DNA from: Blastocladiella emersonii ATCC 22665
Lineage: Eukaryota; Fungi; Blastocladiomycota
Direction: 5' to 3'
Length of the DNA: 64,000 bases
Assembly: GCA_025594325.1 (NCBI GenBank)
Contig: JANHCV010000013.1
Location: forward strand, 744,001-808,000
How positions within the stretch are numbered: position 1 is the first letter of the stretch; every line of letters begins with the position of its first letter. Positions 22,809 through 34,470 of this stretch are shown piece by piece. The notes beneath the pieces were generated by a model. That model was given only the letters and a program-made list of their open reading frames with translations, was not told the DNA's origin and searched no databases. The position numbers and the translations under genes are program-made.

Positions 22809-25160
22809 TGCTGCCTGCTCCACGCCGTCCGCGACCGCGACTGCGCCCGCGCCACGAGGCTCGCAACTGCTCTCATCGCCGTATACATCGGACGGAGACC
22901 GCAAACGGGTGCTGGTGATGCCGGTGCAGTTTGGCCGCTTCCGAGCGGGCAACTGCTTCGACCACATCAATCGCCGTGCTGCCGTGCGAGGTGCAGGTTT
23001 GAGTACACGCGAGCAGCACGCGCATCATCGACTCGACACGGACGCGGGCCCGCTCAAGATTACCAGGTTTGTGCATGCCCCGGCAACAGCGCCTGATTCT
23101 TTCCAACGCGTGCGGTGTCGCGGACCAAGCACTGCCGGCGAGTTCGGGATCCTTGCCCAAGCGGGAGATCAATCTGATTGCCCAGGACGCGAGAAAGTGC
23201 GCGTTCGACGCCATGATGAACGTCGTGCGGGAAGCGAGCACCATGGCTGGGCGTGGCTGCGCAAGCTGGCCTACTGTCGTGGCGAGCTCGCGCGGAAGGT
23301 CGGCCGAACTCCACAAACGCATTTTGGGCGGTCGCCGGTCGGATTACGTTGAGTCTTTCATGGTGTACTTCATGGTGCGCTTCATGGCAGCGGTGAGCCG
23401 GAGCGGACGACGTCGTCCACCCAAGCCGGCGGCGCCGCGGCAACCGCTTTGAGTGCCACTCACCCGGCCCAGGTGCGCGTGTTCGACGCGGGCCGAGGTT
23501 AAGTGTGATGTATATCAGCAAGAATAACTACAATTTGCTGTCCCCTGCTGTCTCCCCGCGGTAATTATTTCGTGTCTCGCGCCGGTCACGCGAAAGTCAC
23601 CCGACCTGGACGCGACACGTCGCTTGTCTCCCGAATCGATCGATCGATTTTCGCGACACGCGACTCGCTCATTTCTAATGTATCGCACTCGATCCGCTCG
23701 CACCTGCTGCAACTCCACGAAGGCTTGCACCGAAGGCAGGCGCCTGCCCTCCCTCGCGCACGCACCCGCCCACCCGCGCTCCTTCCTCCTCTCCGCGCGC
23801 CCTGCACCGTGCAATCTCTCTCTTGCCACCACCACATGCAATGCAACCAACTGCAACACTACGATCATCCGAAAACCCCGCGCTCTGCCGCCAAACGCGG
23901 CGCGGCGCGCGACTACACGTCACTCGACAACCGCAGCCCAATCCGCTCGTTCTCAAGGGGTCGTGAGGTATCCCGGTACGCTGCCGCGTGGCGCGACCGC
24001 CCCTCGCTCTCCCTCGTGTAAATGCCCCCTGGTGCGGGCCTAGTCCCCTCCTGGCCTAGTTCTCTTCCTCGGCACGCCCTTTGCGGCACGAGCTTTCGCC
24101 GTAAGCAAGCGTAAGCACCGCCCACACCTCCCCCATCATGCGCTCGTTCGCCCCGACGCATGCTGCAGCGGGCCCGCTGTGTGGCGCGGCTGGCGGGGGT
24201 CTCGGCCGTTGCGGAGGGGCTAGTGAAGGGAGGCAAACGGTGTGGCGGCCGAGTAGGTGGCGGGTAGTGGCCCATGGACCTTTGCATCTGTTGGGCGGAG
24301 CGGCTGGACCCGATCCAAAATACTACCCGTCGTACCGAAACGCCGCCCGCGCTGCACCGGGGGCACCCTGTACGCCGGTTACCCACCCACCCACCAAGTT
24401 CAAGCGCGACGCGAGGCTCTCGATAGCGGGAAGCAGGTATGACGGCGCGCCGATGCTCGTCCGTGTGCACGTTTGTCCGCTGACTCATGATTCTCGCCCG
24501 TCGTGTGTGTAGATCGCCTTCATCCTCTTCGACCCCATGGCGACGCGCAACATGTCCGGCCGCGCGGCAGTTTCGCGACGTGCGGCGCCAGGTCGGCTTC
24601 GGCCATGGTCAAGCACGCGGCGTGCTCAAGGTACCGCGTCCCTGCTTTGTTTCCACGCCGATCGACCCAGCTCACGCCCTCCCTCTCGCTCGTAGATTCA
24701 TCTCCAAGGCTCCGCGACGCGTGCCGCTACCAGCTCGTGGCGTGGTGCCGAGTCAAGTCAAGTCAAGTCAAGTCGCTCATCGTCCCGCTCGGCGGCGCGT
24801 GTACGTGTTGATCGAGCTCATCATCATGCACCAGAACGGCGACACAACTTTGAGACCGACTTCCATCACCAGCCCCCGACCCTCGTCGCGTCTTCGCCGC
24901 CATCGAGCTACTGTCGCGGTCGGTCACGCTCAAGCCGGGCGACCGGCGCCGCGCTCAAGCCGACCCTCTGCCGGCCTCGGTTCGTGGTTCGTGGAAGCTC
25001 TTTCGGCGGCGGGTACCAGTAGGCCGCGCTCTTGTGATAATACATCCCCACCTGTCCATCCGTGACGCCGTTTTTGTCCCACGCCGTCCGGTTTACTCCC
25101 ACTTCAAGCGATGTGGCTCGGTGCGTGGTCGGGACGCGACCAGGTTGCACACGCGCACCC

Positions 25161-25345
25161 GTTGCCGCCACGCGCGAACCGCCTCGGGTGCAGCCAGCGT
25201 GCGCGGGCCCGGCCACAGTAGCGAGAGGTCCGCGGCAGCAAGAGATCCCGCATCCGGCGCGAGCGCGGGCAACGCTCGTCGTGCCGCTCCGCGTCTGCGA
25301 CGCGACGCGACGTGCGCATACGGTCGAGGAACACGCGAGCGACGC
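25161..25345 (+). repeat. diverged direct repeat, copy 2
   Basis: Same blocks as 22642-22808, with indels. Confidence 0.7.
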
Positions 25346-26021
25346 GCCGCTCAGTCCGCGACGGCGACCTCAATTGTGTCAGCGCCATGAAGCTTCCGAC
25401 TACTCTCATTACTAAACAGGCCGTGGTTCGTCGCGCAGCGCTAACCGCTAGAGCAGACACATCGACTTCGGACAGCAGCGTCGTTCCGCTCGCTCGCTCT
25501 CGGCCGTCGGATCGCGTCAAGCGGGCCTTCATCTCGGTCTCGCCCTCAACCACGGCTGCGGCTGCGGCCGTAGCTGCTTCCGTCTGCATCGCGTTGTGGC
25601 GTTGCATGGAGTGGAGTTCGTTATCATGGTCTCCGTTGTCCCGTGCTGCCGACGTCAGGAGCGAGCGAGCGAGCGACCAGCGCTGCGGACGGGGGCGCCG
25701 TGGCCACCGACGCTTTGGCGCTCGCCGCTCCCGGGCTGCGACCAGCACGACGCTGGCGTCCGTGCCGTAGAGACGTCCGCGTGGCCGGTGCCGTCGAGCA
25801 GAAAGAACCTTGATGGCCAGGGGACCGAGGCCGCCCGCCATCGTGGCCGTCGCGCCGTCCGCGATCCTCGCAGGCGAGGAAACCGCGCGTCGCGCGTCGC
25901 TCTCACTCTCCGCCTGCGATACATAGCAACAAGCATCTGCTCTTCATTCATCGTACAGCTCTCACTTGCGCGACCATCCGCCGTCCCACTCCGCGGGCCG
26001 ATCCCGCGCACCCTTCCGCGT

Positions 26022-27649
26022 CTACTCGCGCGCGCCGACCTCGCCGCGGAGATACTCCCCCACGGCCTCGCCGCACCCCTCGGTCTCATCCACGAGCCCC
26101 GTGGCGCTCGCCTCGCACACGAGCGGGGTGACGTTCGGGAACCGGGCGAGCGCGGCGTCAAGTTTCTGGGTCGTGGCCGGGGTGTCGATGTACAGGACGA
26201 ACACGGCGTCGTAGCCGCCGGCTACACACGTCCACGACGTTAGTATCCCAGCGGTTGAACAGCGAAGCAGCAGCGCGACGTACCGCCGGGCACTCCGGCA
26301 CCCAGGACGCCCGGCACCCCCGCGCATGCGTCGAGCAACTCGCGCTGCTCCACGGGCTCGATCGGGACCCCCGCCTGCTCCCCCATCTCGCGCATCCCCG
26401 TGCGGCCGCGGGCCAGGACCCCCGCGAGCTCGTCGAGCACGTACCCGATCTCGTCGCCCTTCTTCATCCCGCTCGCCCACACGTCGAGCGCCGCATCGTA
26501 CCCGGGGCCCGCACTGGACCGCTCCAGGGCGCGGAACAGGTCGACGGCGCGCATATTCCCGTCATCCAGCGCGCGCCACCGCGCGTCGGCGTCTTTGGGG
26601 CAAGCGGCGCGCCACGCGAGGACGCGCGCGACGAGCGACGGCGTGTGCGAGCCCGCGGCGACGTCGGCGAGGAGCAGGCGGATGCGCGGGGGCAGGGCGA
26701 ACGGCGCGACGTGCGTGCGGAGCGAGGTGGCGAGGGAGGGGTCGAGGGCGGCGAGGAGGGCGGCGGTTGTGGGTGCGGTCTACACGCGCGCAAAGTTAGG
26801 TTGCGATCGGGCGATGCGAAGTGAGCGCGACGCGTACCTTATCCCCCATAATCCCGGCAATGGTCTTGGCGTCAAACCGGCGGTACACGTGCGTCCCGAC
26901 CGCCGCCGACGAGACATCGAACCCGGACCCGACTTTCCCCTGGGCGAGGCAGTGTGCGAACTGGGCCGCGTTATGGATCCACCCGACCTCCCCCTCCAAC
27001 TTGCCCACCACGAACCGCCAGACGGCCGCGACGAGCGACGTGACGAGCGCCGCGGACGACCCGAGCCCGGTCTTGTTGACGTTAGCCAGGGTTGGGCCGG
27101 GCGGCAAGAAGGCGGGGAGCGAGGCGAGCGCGGCGCGGGTGGTCGGGAGGCCGCGCGCGGCGAGGTTGGCGGACTGCGAGTAGAAGTCGTTGTCGGCGAG
27201 GACGTAGATGTGCAGGGCACGGGCGGGGTCGGGGGAAGGGGTGCAGCGGGTGTGCGAGAGCTGCAGCGCGACGCGCAGCGCGTGGTCGATGAACTTGTTG
27301 GGCGCCGGGCTACATTCCCCCAAAAATCAGTCGTGGGTCTCTCACGGCCAGTTCCGAGAGAGACGTACGGCGCAGACAGAACCGCAAACTCGCGCCGCCC
27401 CGTCGCCTCGCTCACCCCCGCGTCGAACCGGTACTTGCGCGGCGGGTCGGCGGGGAACTGCGGCGAGTGGACCGTCACGTCCAGGACACCCTCCTCTCCG
27501 CCCTCGACCGAACGCACGACCGTGTGGAAGCGCGCGGACGTGGCGACGACGACGCCCGAGTGGGCCGGGTCGAGGACCAGGTACCCGCCGGCGATCAGGG
27601 CCTTGCCGGGCGAGGATACGGCGACGGCTTTGGGTGCATGCGATGCCAT
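26022..27649 (-). CDS. ERG8: phosphomevalonate kinase, fungal type (~482 aa)
   Basis: SSPGKALIAGGYLVLD, KTGLGSSAA, QGKVGSGFDV and GVPGAGGYDA GHMP motifs. Four exons (27649-27369, 27309-26838, 26779-26284, 26221-26022) splice in frame. Confidence 0.95.
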
Positions 27650-27820
27650 GGTTGCGGTCTAGTTGTGCGAGTTGGGGAGAGAGAGAGGACCGCGGGCTCT
27701 TTGACGCGAAGCTTTTCTCCTGACGCCGGTGACGCCACTGGTCGCCCGACTCGGCACGCCGCCGTCTTCTCTTTCACATCCCTCTCCGTCAGCCCTCGCT
27801 CACCACCACATGCAACTCCA

Positions 27821-28811
27821 ATGAACACACCCGCGCAACCACCCGCAACCCCGTCGTTCCCGTTCGCCCCCCCGCCGGACCTGATCCGCGCCGCGCAAAA
27901 GGACGACGCGTACGTGGCGTCGGTGCGGCACGCGCTCGACTCGGTGCTGGCGTCCCTGTTGGGCCCGCGGCTGCACGCGCGGTACTCGCGCCTCCTCGAC
28001 CCCGCGGCCGCCACCGTCTACTACGCGCTGACGACGGGCCGCGCGGCCGCGACGTTGGGCGAGGAGTACTGCGATCTCGCGCCGGTGGACGCGGGTGGGC
28101 GGCGGGCGCCGGGGCGGCTGGTACGCTGAGACCCGCTAGTTGTTAGCGAGGTTTGTGCTGATACCCCCCGAAACTGTAGTCGCGCGCGGGATACATCCTC
28201 GCGCAATCGCTCGCCCTCCCGCTCGTCCGGTGGTACCTCACGTCCACGTCCACTTCAACCTCGTCCGACTGGAGATCCCGCGCCGCCGCGGCGCTCAAGC
28301 TCGCGGCCCCGCTGCACCTCGCGGCGTTCTACTTTTTCGGCACCTACTACCGCGTCGCGCGCCGGGTCGCGGGGATCCGCACGGTACGTCGTTGCGGGTT
28401 CGTTGCGGGTTCGCTGCACGGGTCCGGTTGTTGATTGACGCCTGCGTGTAGCTGAGCCTCGCGAAACCCGCACCCGACGCGACCGCGCTGTCGTACGCGC
28501 CGCTCGGGTGGCTGATCCTGGTGCAGGTCCTGGTCACGGCGGCGGGCGCGGCGTGGACCGCGCGGCGCGCCGCCGCCAAGTCCGCGAAACCCGCTCCCGC
28601 CACCCTCCCCTCGGCCACCGCTACGGCCGACCTCGCGGAATCCGCGGCCGACTGCGTCCTATGCATGTCCGCGTGCGAATCCCCGGCGCTGTGCCCGTGC
28701 GGCCACGTCTTCTGCTGGCCGTGCGTCGGCGCGTGGCTGCACGAGAAGCCCGAGTGCCCGCTATGCCGCGACCCGTGTGCGTTGCGAGACCTCGTGTGTG
28801 TGGATTATTAA
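27821..28811 (+). CDS. PEX10: peroxin 10, RING E3 ligase (~287 aa)
   Basis: LIRAAQKD, TLGEEYCD, HLAAFYFFGTYY..ARRVAGIR and a C3HC4 RING. Exons 27821-28120, 28180-28383, 28452-28811. Confidence 0.93.
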
Positions 28812-28847
28812 AGATTCGATATATGTACAATCTCCTCACCTCCTCTC

Positions 28848-30113
28848 TCAATGACACGTCGGCTGCTTCACCACCACCGTCTCCTCGCCCGAATCGTACC
28901 CCGACACGGGCGCATGCCGTGCGCGGCGCGGCGGCGGGTCGCGGTTGAACACCATGTTCCCGGCGAACCCGCCCAAAAGAAACGCGGCGCACCAGCCCCA
29001 GTTGTACGCCATGACGACGAGCATCAGGACGAACGAGTACGCGAGCTCGAACGTCGCGAGCGCCGCGCGCGCGGCGACCAGGAGTTCGCGCCGCACGCGG
29101 AGCGACGTTGGGCTCGCGCTTGGCGTCACGGCCGTGGAGGTCGGGAGCACGGTGCTCGAGGACGACGACGCGGTGGAGACCGAGGAGGGTGAGGGCGACA
29201 GCTGCGCGTGCACGTCGGCGAGCGCCGCGTCGATCCGGGGCGTGACGACGCGGCGCGCCGCCGCGGTGACCGCGTAGTAGGCGAACGAGAGGACGAAGAC
29301 GCCGACGGTCGCGGCCCAGTACTGCGCGCGCGTGCGCGTCACCCACCCGCGGAACAGGAGCAGGTCGTTGATGTCCTGGTGGAAGTACATGCGCATCGGC
29401 GGGATCTCGGCGAACGGGTCGCTGCCCTGCTCGACGGGGTCCGCCGTGGTGCCGGTACCGGGCGCCGAGACGCCGGGGGTTGACGAGGAAGAATCGTCGG
29501 ACGCCAGCGCGGCGGCCGAGCACACGGCCGGGAACGCCTGGACCGCGCCCTTGACCTCGCTGCACATGCCCTTCCACGGCGCGTTGCACATGGTCATGTC
29601 GGGCATCGCCTTGCACATGATGGCGTACGTCGCCAGCGAGTCGCACGCGTCGAGCTTCTCGACCGGCACCGCCACGGACGCCGCGGGGCTCGCGCACCGG
29701 TCGCACCCCTCCATGTTGTGCACCTTGCACATGCGGTACACCTGGTTCTGGAACACCGAGCTGTTGGTCCATTTCGGCCACGCCTTGTCGGCCGCGCACG
29801 CCGCGGGGTTGGCGGCGCAGTAGCTGAGGTAGGGGCGGCACAAAGTGTCGGCGGCCGTCGGCGGGTTGTCGTACGAGCACAGCGCGTCGAGGAGGGCGAG
29901 AGTCGAGCAGCCGGGTTTCGCCGCGTCCGACTGGCACCCCGCGCGCAGGAGGAGCGTGCACGCGCCGTACTTGTTGGACGAGGCCGGCGTGCAGAAGGCC
30001 GTGAGCGCGGCGCGCGAGGGGGGCGACGGGGACTGCGCGGCCGCGTGGGTCGCGAGGAGGAGCAGGGCGAAGAGGAAGAGGGCCGCCGTGGCGGGTGGCC
30101 GTGGCGAGGGCAT
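28848..30113 (-). CDS. CTR: Ctr-family high-affinity copper transporter with signal peptide and Cys/Met-rich ectodomain (421 aa)
   Basis: MRMYFH before TM1, MxxxM (MLVVM) in TM2, GxxxG (GGFAG) in TM3. Ectodomain contains CKAMPDMTMC and CKVHNMEGC. Intronless. Confidence 0.9.
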   Translation of the reverse strand: MPSPRPPATAALFLFALLLLATHAAAQSPSPPSRAALTAFCTPASSNKYGACTLLLRAGCQSDAAKPGCSTLALLDALCSYDNPPTAADTLCRPYLSYCAANPAACAADKAWPKWTNSSVFQNQVYRMCKVHNMEGCDRCASPAASVAVPVEKLDACDSLATYAIMCKAMPDMTMCNAPWKGMCSEVKGAVQAFPAVCSAAALASDDSSSSTPGVSAPGTGTTADPVEQGSDPFAEIPPMRMYFHQDINDLLLFRGWVTRTRAQYWAATVGVFVLSFAYYAVTAAARRVVTPRIDAALADVHAQLSPSPSSVSTASSSSSTVLPTSTAVTPSASPTSLRVRRELLVAARAALATFELAYSFVLMLVVMAYNWGWCAAFLLGGFAGNMVFNRDPPPRRARHAPVSGYDSGEETVVVKQPTCH

Positions 30114-30349
30114 CGTTGCGAGCTTGGTGGGTGTTGGATCGATGAGGGTGCAGCGAGAGAGGGGAGGGGAGAAGCGACCGGTATTTGTAGGCAGGGCCGG
30201 GGTCGGTCAGGAAGCGGCGCGAGCAGCGCCACTACACTCGTCTCTCCAGCCGCGTCCCCGCGCCTTTCAGGATGCAGCCACGCTCGGAATCGGTCAGGGA
30301 CAAGCACAGAGAAGTAGGATATTCGAATATATTGCTTCCACGCTCACGC

Positions 30350-30937
30350 TCACAGGAGCTGCATCACCGCGCCGCCCGCCGCCGCCGCCACGAGTCCCAC
30401 CACGGCCGACCCGGCGAACCCGCCGGCCGCGCCGCTCTTCCCCGGCGCCGCGCCGCCCGACCCGCCCGCCGCCTGGAAGCTGACGTCGCCGCACTGGTAC
30501 AGCACCCCGTCTCCGGCATCGTACACGGTCATGATGGTCCCCTCCTTCCCCACGAGGTCACCCGCCGACTTGAGCCCGAGCCCCTTGACCGCGCTCTCGC
30601 TCAGCTTATCAAACGGCGCATCGACCGTCTGCGCGCCGACCTTGCCGAGCAGCGTGTTGGTCACAGGCGTGAAGTCCGACACGGCGGCGGGCGCGGGCTT
30701 GAGCGAGATGTAGATGGTGAAGTTGGCGTTGGTATGGTACGCCGTAATCCCGATGGGTTTCCCGACGGGCCACCCGGAACGGGGCGTCTGCGGGGTGTTG
30801 AAGTTGCCGCAGGGAGGCGTCGGCATCTGCTCTTCCTGCATCCCGCGCGTCGGCGGCGACGTCAGGATGTAGTGCGCGGACGCCGCGTGGGAAAGCGCGA
30901 GCAGGGTCAGCGCGAGGGTCAGGAACGTGTTGCGCAT
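30350..30937 (-). CDS. Bim1/X325-like (LPMO-like) copper-binding GPI-anchored protein (195 aa)
   Basis: 21-aa signal peptide, then His1 (HYILTSPPTRG). PPCG, second His in ITAYH (H68), YDAGDGVLYQCGDV (D143), Gly/Ser linker and hydrophobic GPI-like tail. Confidence 0.85.
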   Translation of the reverse strand: MRNTFLTLALTLLALSHAASAHYILTSPPTRGMQEEQMPTPPCGNFNTPQTPRSGWPVGKPIGITAYHTNANFTIYISLKPAPAAVSDFTPVTNTLLGKVGAQTVDAPFDKLSESAVKGLGLKSAGDLVGKEGTIMTVYDAGDGVLYQCGDVSFQAAGGSGGAAPGKSGAAGGFAGSAVVGLVAAAAGGAVMQLL

Positions 30938-31439
30938 GGTGTCTTGGAGTTGTCGATGGAGCAGGAACCGGCGTCGTCGATGGAGAGCAGGAATCGGGAA
31001 GTGAGAGCGAAAGCGAAAAAGCAGAGTCGCCCAAACAAACCAGCGCGTCATCTGACCACTGAGCGACCGACCGGCGGCATCGCCCGAGTGCGCGTTTCAG
31101 CCAAGCCGCGCAGCGCCGCGCAACGTCATTGGTTGGCCGCACTCCGCAGCAGCAGCGGCGAGCAAGCACCCCCAACAACGGCGGCCGGCCGGGAGAACAA
31201 GGCGACGGCGACGGCGGGAGAACAATGACGGCGACGGGGTGCATGCAAGTGTGCGCGCAGCGGGCGAGGAGGGTGTGTGGGAAGCGCAGCACGGCCGACA
31301 ACAACGAGCGGATCCCGAAGCGCGCGGGTGTGGGAGGCAGCGAGCGGGTCGGGAACACGAGGCGGGTGGGTCGGGTCCGAGCGGGGTCAGGATCGGGTCG
31401 GGGTGGGCCCGCGTGGCGCCCGCACGGCCGAGCGAGGTT

Positions 31440-31625
31440 CGCGGTCGAGTCGATGGTCAAGCGCGAGCGACCGCCGCGATGGCCGGCGAGGATCGACCTC
31501 AAGCACGGCGACGGCCAGTCGTGGTCATGTCCGTCAGCGGCGGCCGTGGTCGAGTATCGCGAAGAAAGAGCTGCATGGCGGCACCCTGGCCTCGTTCATC
31601 GATCAGGCCGGAGCTTCGCGAGGGG
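31440..31625 (+). pseudogene. possible PaaI/ACOT13-like thioesterase remnant
   Basis: LHGGTLASFIDQAG hot-dog motif, with VVVMSVSGGRGRV upstream in another frame. No intact gene. Confidence 0.3.
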
Positions 31626-32058
31626 AGCGGGGGCGCCGCGGGTCTTTATACCTCGCAGAGCTTGAGGCTTTTTCTGGCAGCGCAGGAGAAGCGAGGGCAC
31701 CCGAAAAGCCCGCTGCTCGAAGCTCGAAGCGGCGCGGCGAAAAATCGCGCACACAGCTTGACAGCTCGCACGCCGCGCCCATCGCGTCACCTGATGCGCC
31801 ACGCGCACGTGCGGCGGTGGAGACACCTTTGCGAGACGCGTCGCGCGCGCGCGGTCGCGCCGTATTTCCCTCGCCGTGCGCGCGCGTGTGACGAAAGCAG
31901 GCGGCGTGGGAGAAGCTCAGTCAGTGCAATGTGATTTCCGTTTGGCGTGGTGCCGCGATCCAGACCCGCTCGGTCTCGCCTCGCGCTCGGATCGCGTCCC
32001 TCCTCCTCTCTTCCCTCGAACTCTCGATAGACTAGACGCAACACCACCCTTTGTAACC

Positions 32059-34389
32059 ATGCCACTCCCCGCCATCCACGGCCGCCCGACCTCGGCCGTC
32101 GCGGCGCGTCCCGCCACCTCGTCGTCGGGATCCGATGCCGCGTCCCCACGCCAGCCGCTCCCGTCGCCGCCGCACCAGCAGCACGTCAAGCACTTCCGCC
32201 CGGCGATTGCGACCAACCCCGAGCACCTCGCCGCGGTCCGCCACTCGCTGCCGTTCCTGCCCGGGTACAACTTCAGCTTCAAGCACCGGCCCAACTTCCG
32301 CAAGTCGCACGCCTTCGATTACTCGAACGCCGTGCCCGTGTTCCGCGAGGAGCGGCCTGGGATCGGTACGCGCTGTCGTTGCGGGATTGAGGAGCGGAAC
32401 TGACTTGTTGTCTCGTGTAGGCGGCTACCCGCTGCTCGGCCAGGAGGCCAAGCGCGTGCACACGTCGGCCGAGCTGCTCAAGCACCTGCTGCCGTCGGAC
32501 GACGCCGACGCGAACGCCGAGACGGTGCCCGCGTGGATCGCCTTTGACCGCAAGGTGCTCCGCTTCTACGCCTACTTCCAGGAGGCGGTCCAGGAGCGCC
32601 GCGAGGAGCAGTTCCGCATCCGCAAGTACGTCATCCACGCACTCCCCTTCACCCCCGACCATCACTCACCCTCCACCCCGCCCCGCCGCCCGTAGAGTCA
32701 ACATCCTGTACTACCTCGAGGACGACACGGTGCACGTCATCGAGCCGCGCGGCGTCAACTCGGGCATCCCGCAGGGCACGCTGATCCGCCGCCACCGCAT
32801 CCCGGTCCCGTCCCCCAACGGGCAGGCGGACCCGCACCACCGCCAGTACTACCTCTTCTCGGACCTCAGCGTCAGCCGCGAGGTCACCTTCTACGCGCGC
32901 ACCTTCAAGATTGTCGGGTGCGACGCCTTCACGCGGGTACGTCGTGTCCGCTTCTGCGCTCCGCCGTCGCTGACCCGCGCGCGTCATCGTGTAGGACTTC
33001 CTCCACTCGCTCGGCGCCGCGGTCCCGCCAAACACCGACTACCCGAACGACCCGTACGAGTCGACGCGCCGCGAGATGCTGTCGCGGATGCGCCCGACGC
33101 GCCCGGTCCCGCCGAAAACGTCCCTGAAAAAGTTCCTCGAGAACGACCGCAAGGTGCTCCGCTTCTACTGTGTGTGGGACGACACGACGGCCGCGTTCGG
33201 CGACGCGCGCAAGCTCGTGCTGCACTACTTCCTCGCCGACGATACGATGGAGATCCACGAGCACATTGCGCCCAACTCGGGGCGCGACGGGAACACGGCG
33301 TTCCTCAAGCGCGGCAAGGTGCCGAAGCGCGTCAAGATCGGGTCGTCGCAGGCGCTCGTGCCGCGGTCCGACGACTTTTATACGGATCGCGATTTGGTCC
33401 TGGGCGCGGTACTGAACGTGTTTGGTCGCCCGTTCCTACTGTGTGACTGTGACGAGTTTACCAAGGAGTACTACCGCGAGCGTACGTGTTCTTTGGGGGA
33501 CGGTGATCGTGGCCGTGGACGAGACTGACGCGCGTTACGTGTAGGCTACGGGCTCACTGACTTCCACCCGATCGCGTACGACGCCATCTACCTCGAGCAC
33601 GCGCAGATGCCCGAGACTCCCCTCGCCACCACCTCCGTCTCGCTGCCGGGCAACAGCGGCCCGCCGACGGCCCCGATGCCAGGCTACACGCCGCCCGAGT
33701 ACAACGGGTGGGGCAGCGAGGAAGACTCCCTCGGCTCGTGCGTCTCGCTCACCCCGAAACCGCCCAAGAAGGACATGAAGAAGGAGCTGCAGTACGGCAA
33801 CACGGTCCTGCGCTTCGCCGCCCTCCTCAACACGAACCGGCAAGTCGACCGCGAGCGCCGGTTCGTCGTGTCCTACTACATGGCCGACGACACGGTCCAG
33901 GTCTTCGAGCCGCACCTGCGCAACTCGGGCATCGTCGGCGGCAAGTGGCTCGAGCGGTCCCGCGTCAAGGTGCCCACGGGGCCGCCGGGCGTCGCCCCGC
34001 TCCGTCCGCTCGCGACGCATGACCTGTTCGTCGGCGCCGAGCTGTTCCTCGCGGGCTTCCCGTTCGTCCTGATTGGCGCGGATGAGCATGCGCTCACGTT
34101 CATGGACGCGCACCCGCACCTGTTCCGCAACCACGCGCCGCGCGGCAAGGGGAAGGTCGCGAGCGTCAAGCCGACGGACGAGGAGCTCGGGCGCGTCCGG
34201 TTCGCGGTGCCCGCGCCCGAGGTCGAGGGGATCGGCGGGCGGCGCGCGCCGATGACGGCCGAGCGCGAGGGCGAGGCGGGCGGGCTCAGCGGCGAGGGCG
34301 AGGAGGGCGAGGAGTACCACGACCCCGACCACCGGTTCCCGCTCGGCGGCGAGTACATTCGGTTCGACAGCAAGGTGGCGCTCGTGTAG
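32059..34389 (+). CDS. EFHC1: EFHC1/EFHC2 (Rib72)-like axonemal microtubule inner protein, three DM10 domains (~694 aa)
   Basis: LPFLPGY N-terminus. DM10 starts FDRKVLRFYAYF, NDRKVLRFYCVW and YGNTVLRFAALL. Five exons splice in frame (introns 32366-32420, 32626-32695, 32937-32994, 33482-33544). Confidence 0.9.
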
Positions 34390-34470
34390 TCGGAGATGTG
34401 GAGACAGATGATGCGATGAGCGTGTGTATAGATTTGCGGTTCCTTCTTCCACCTTCCACATTCTCACCCT

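Noticed and set aside
23690-23760. Zn2Cys6-like ACLRCKPSWSCSRCERIEC on the minus strand
   Set aside because: Only five Cys with wrong spacing, and no surrounding gene structure.
30114-31400. Copper-response elements upstream of the Ctr and Bim1-like genes
   Set aside because: Only partial matches (GAGCAAG, GAGCGAAA). No exact Mac1-type TTTGC(T/G)C site was seen, so it is not supported.
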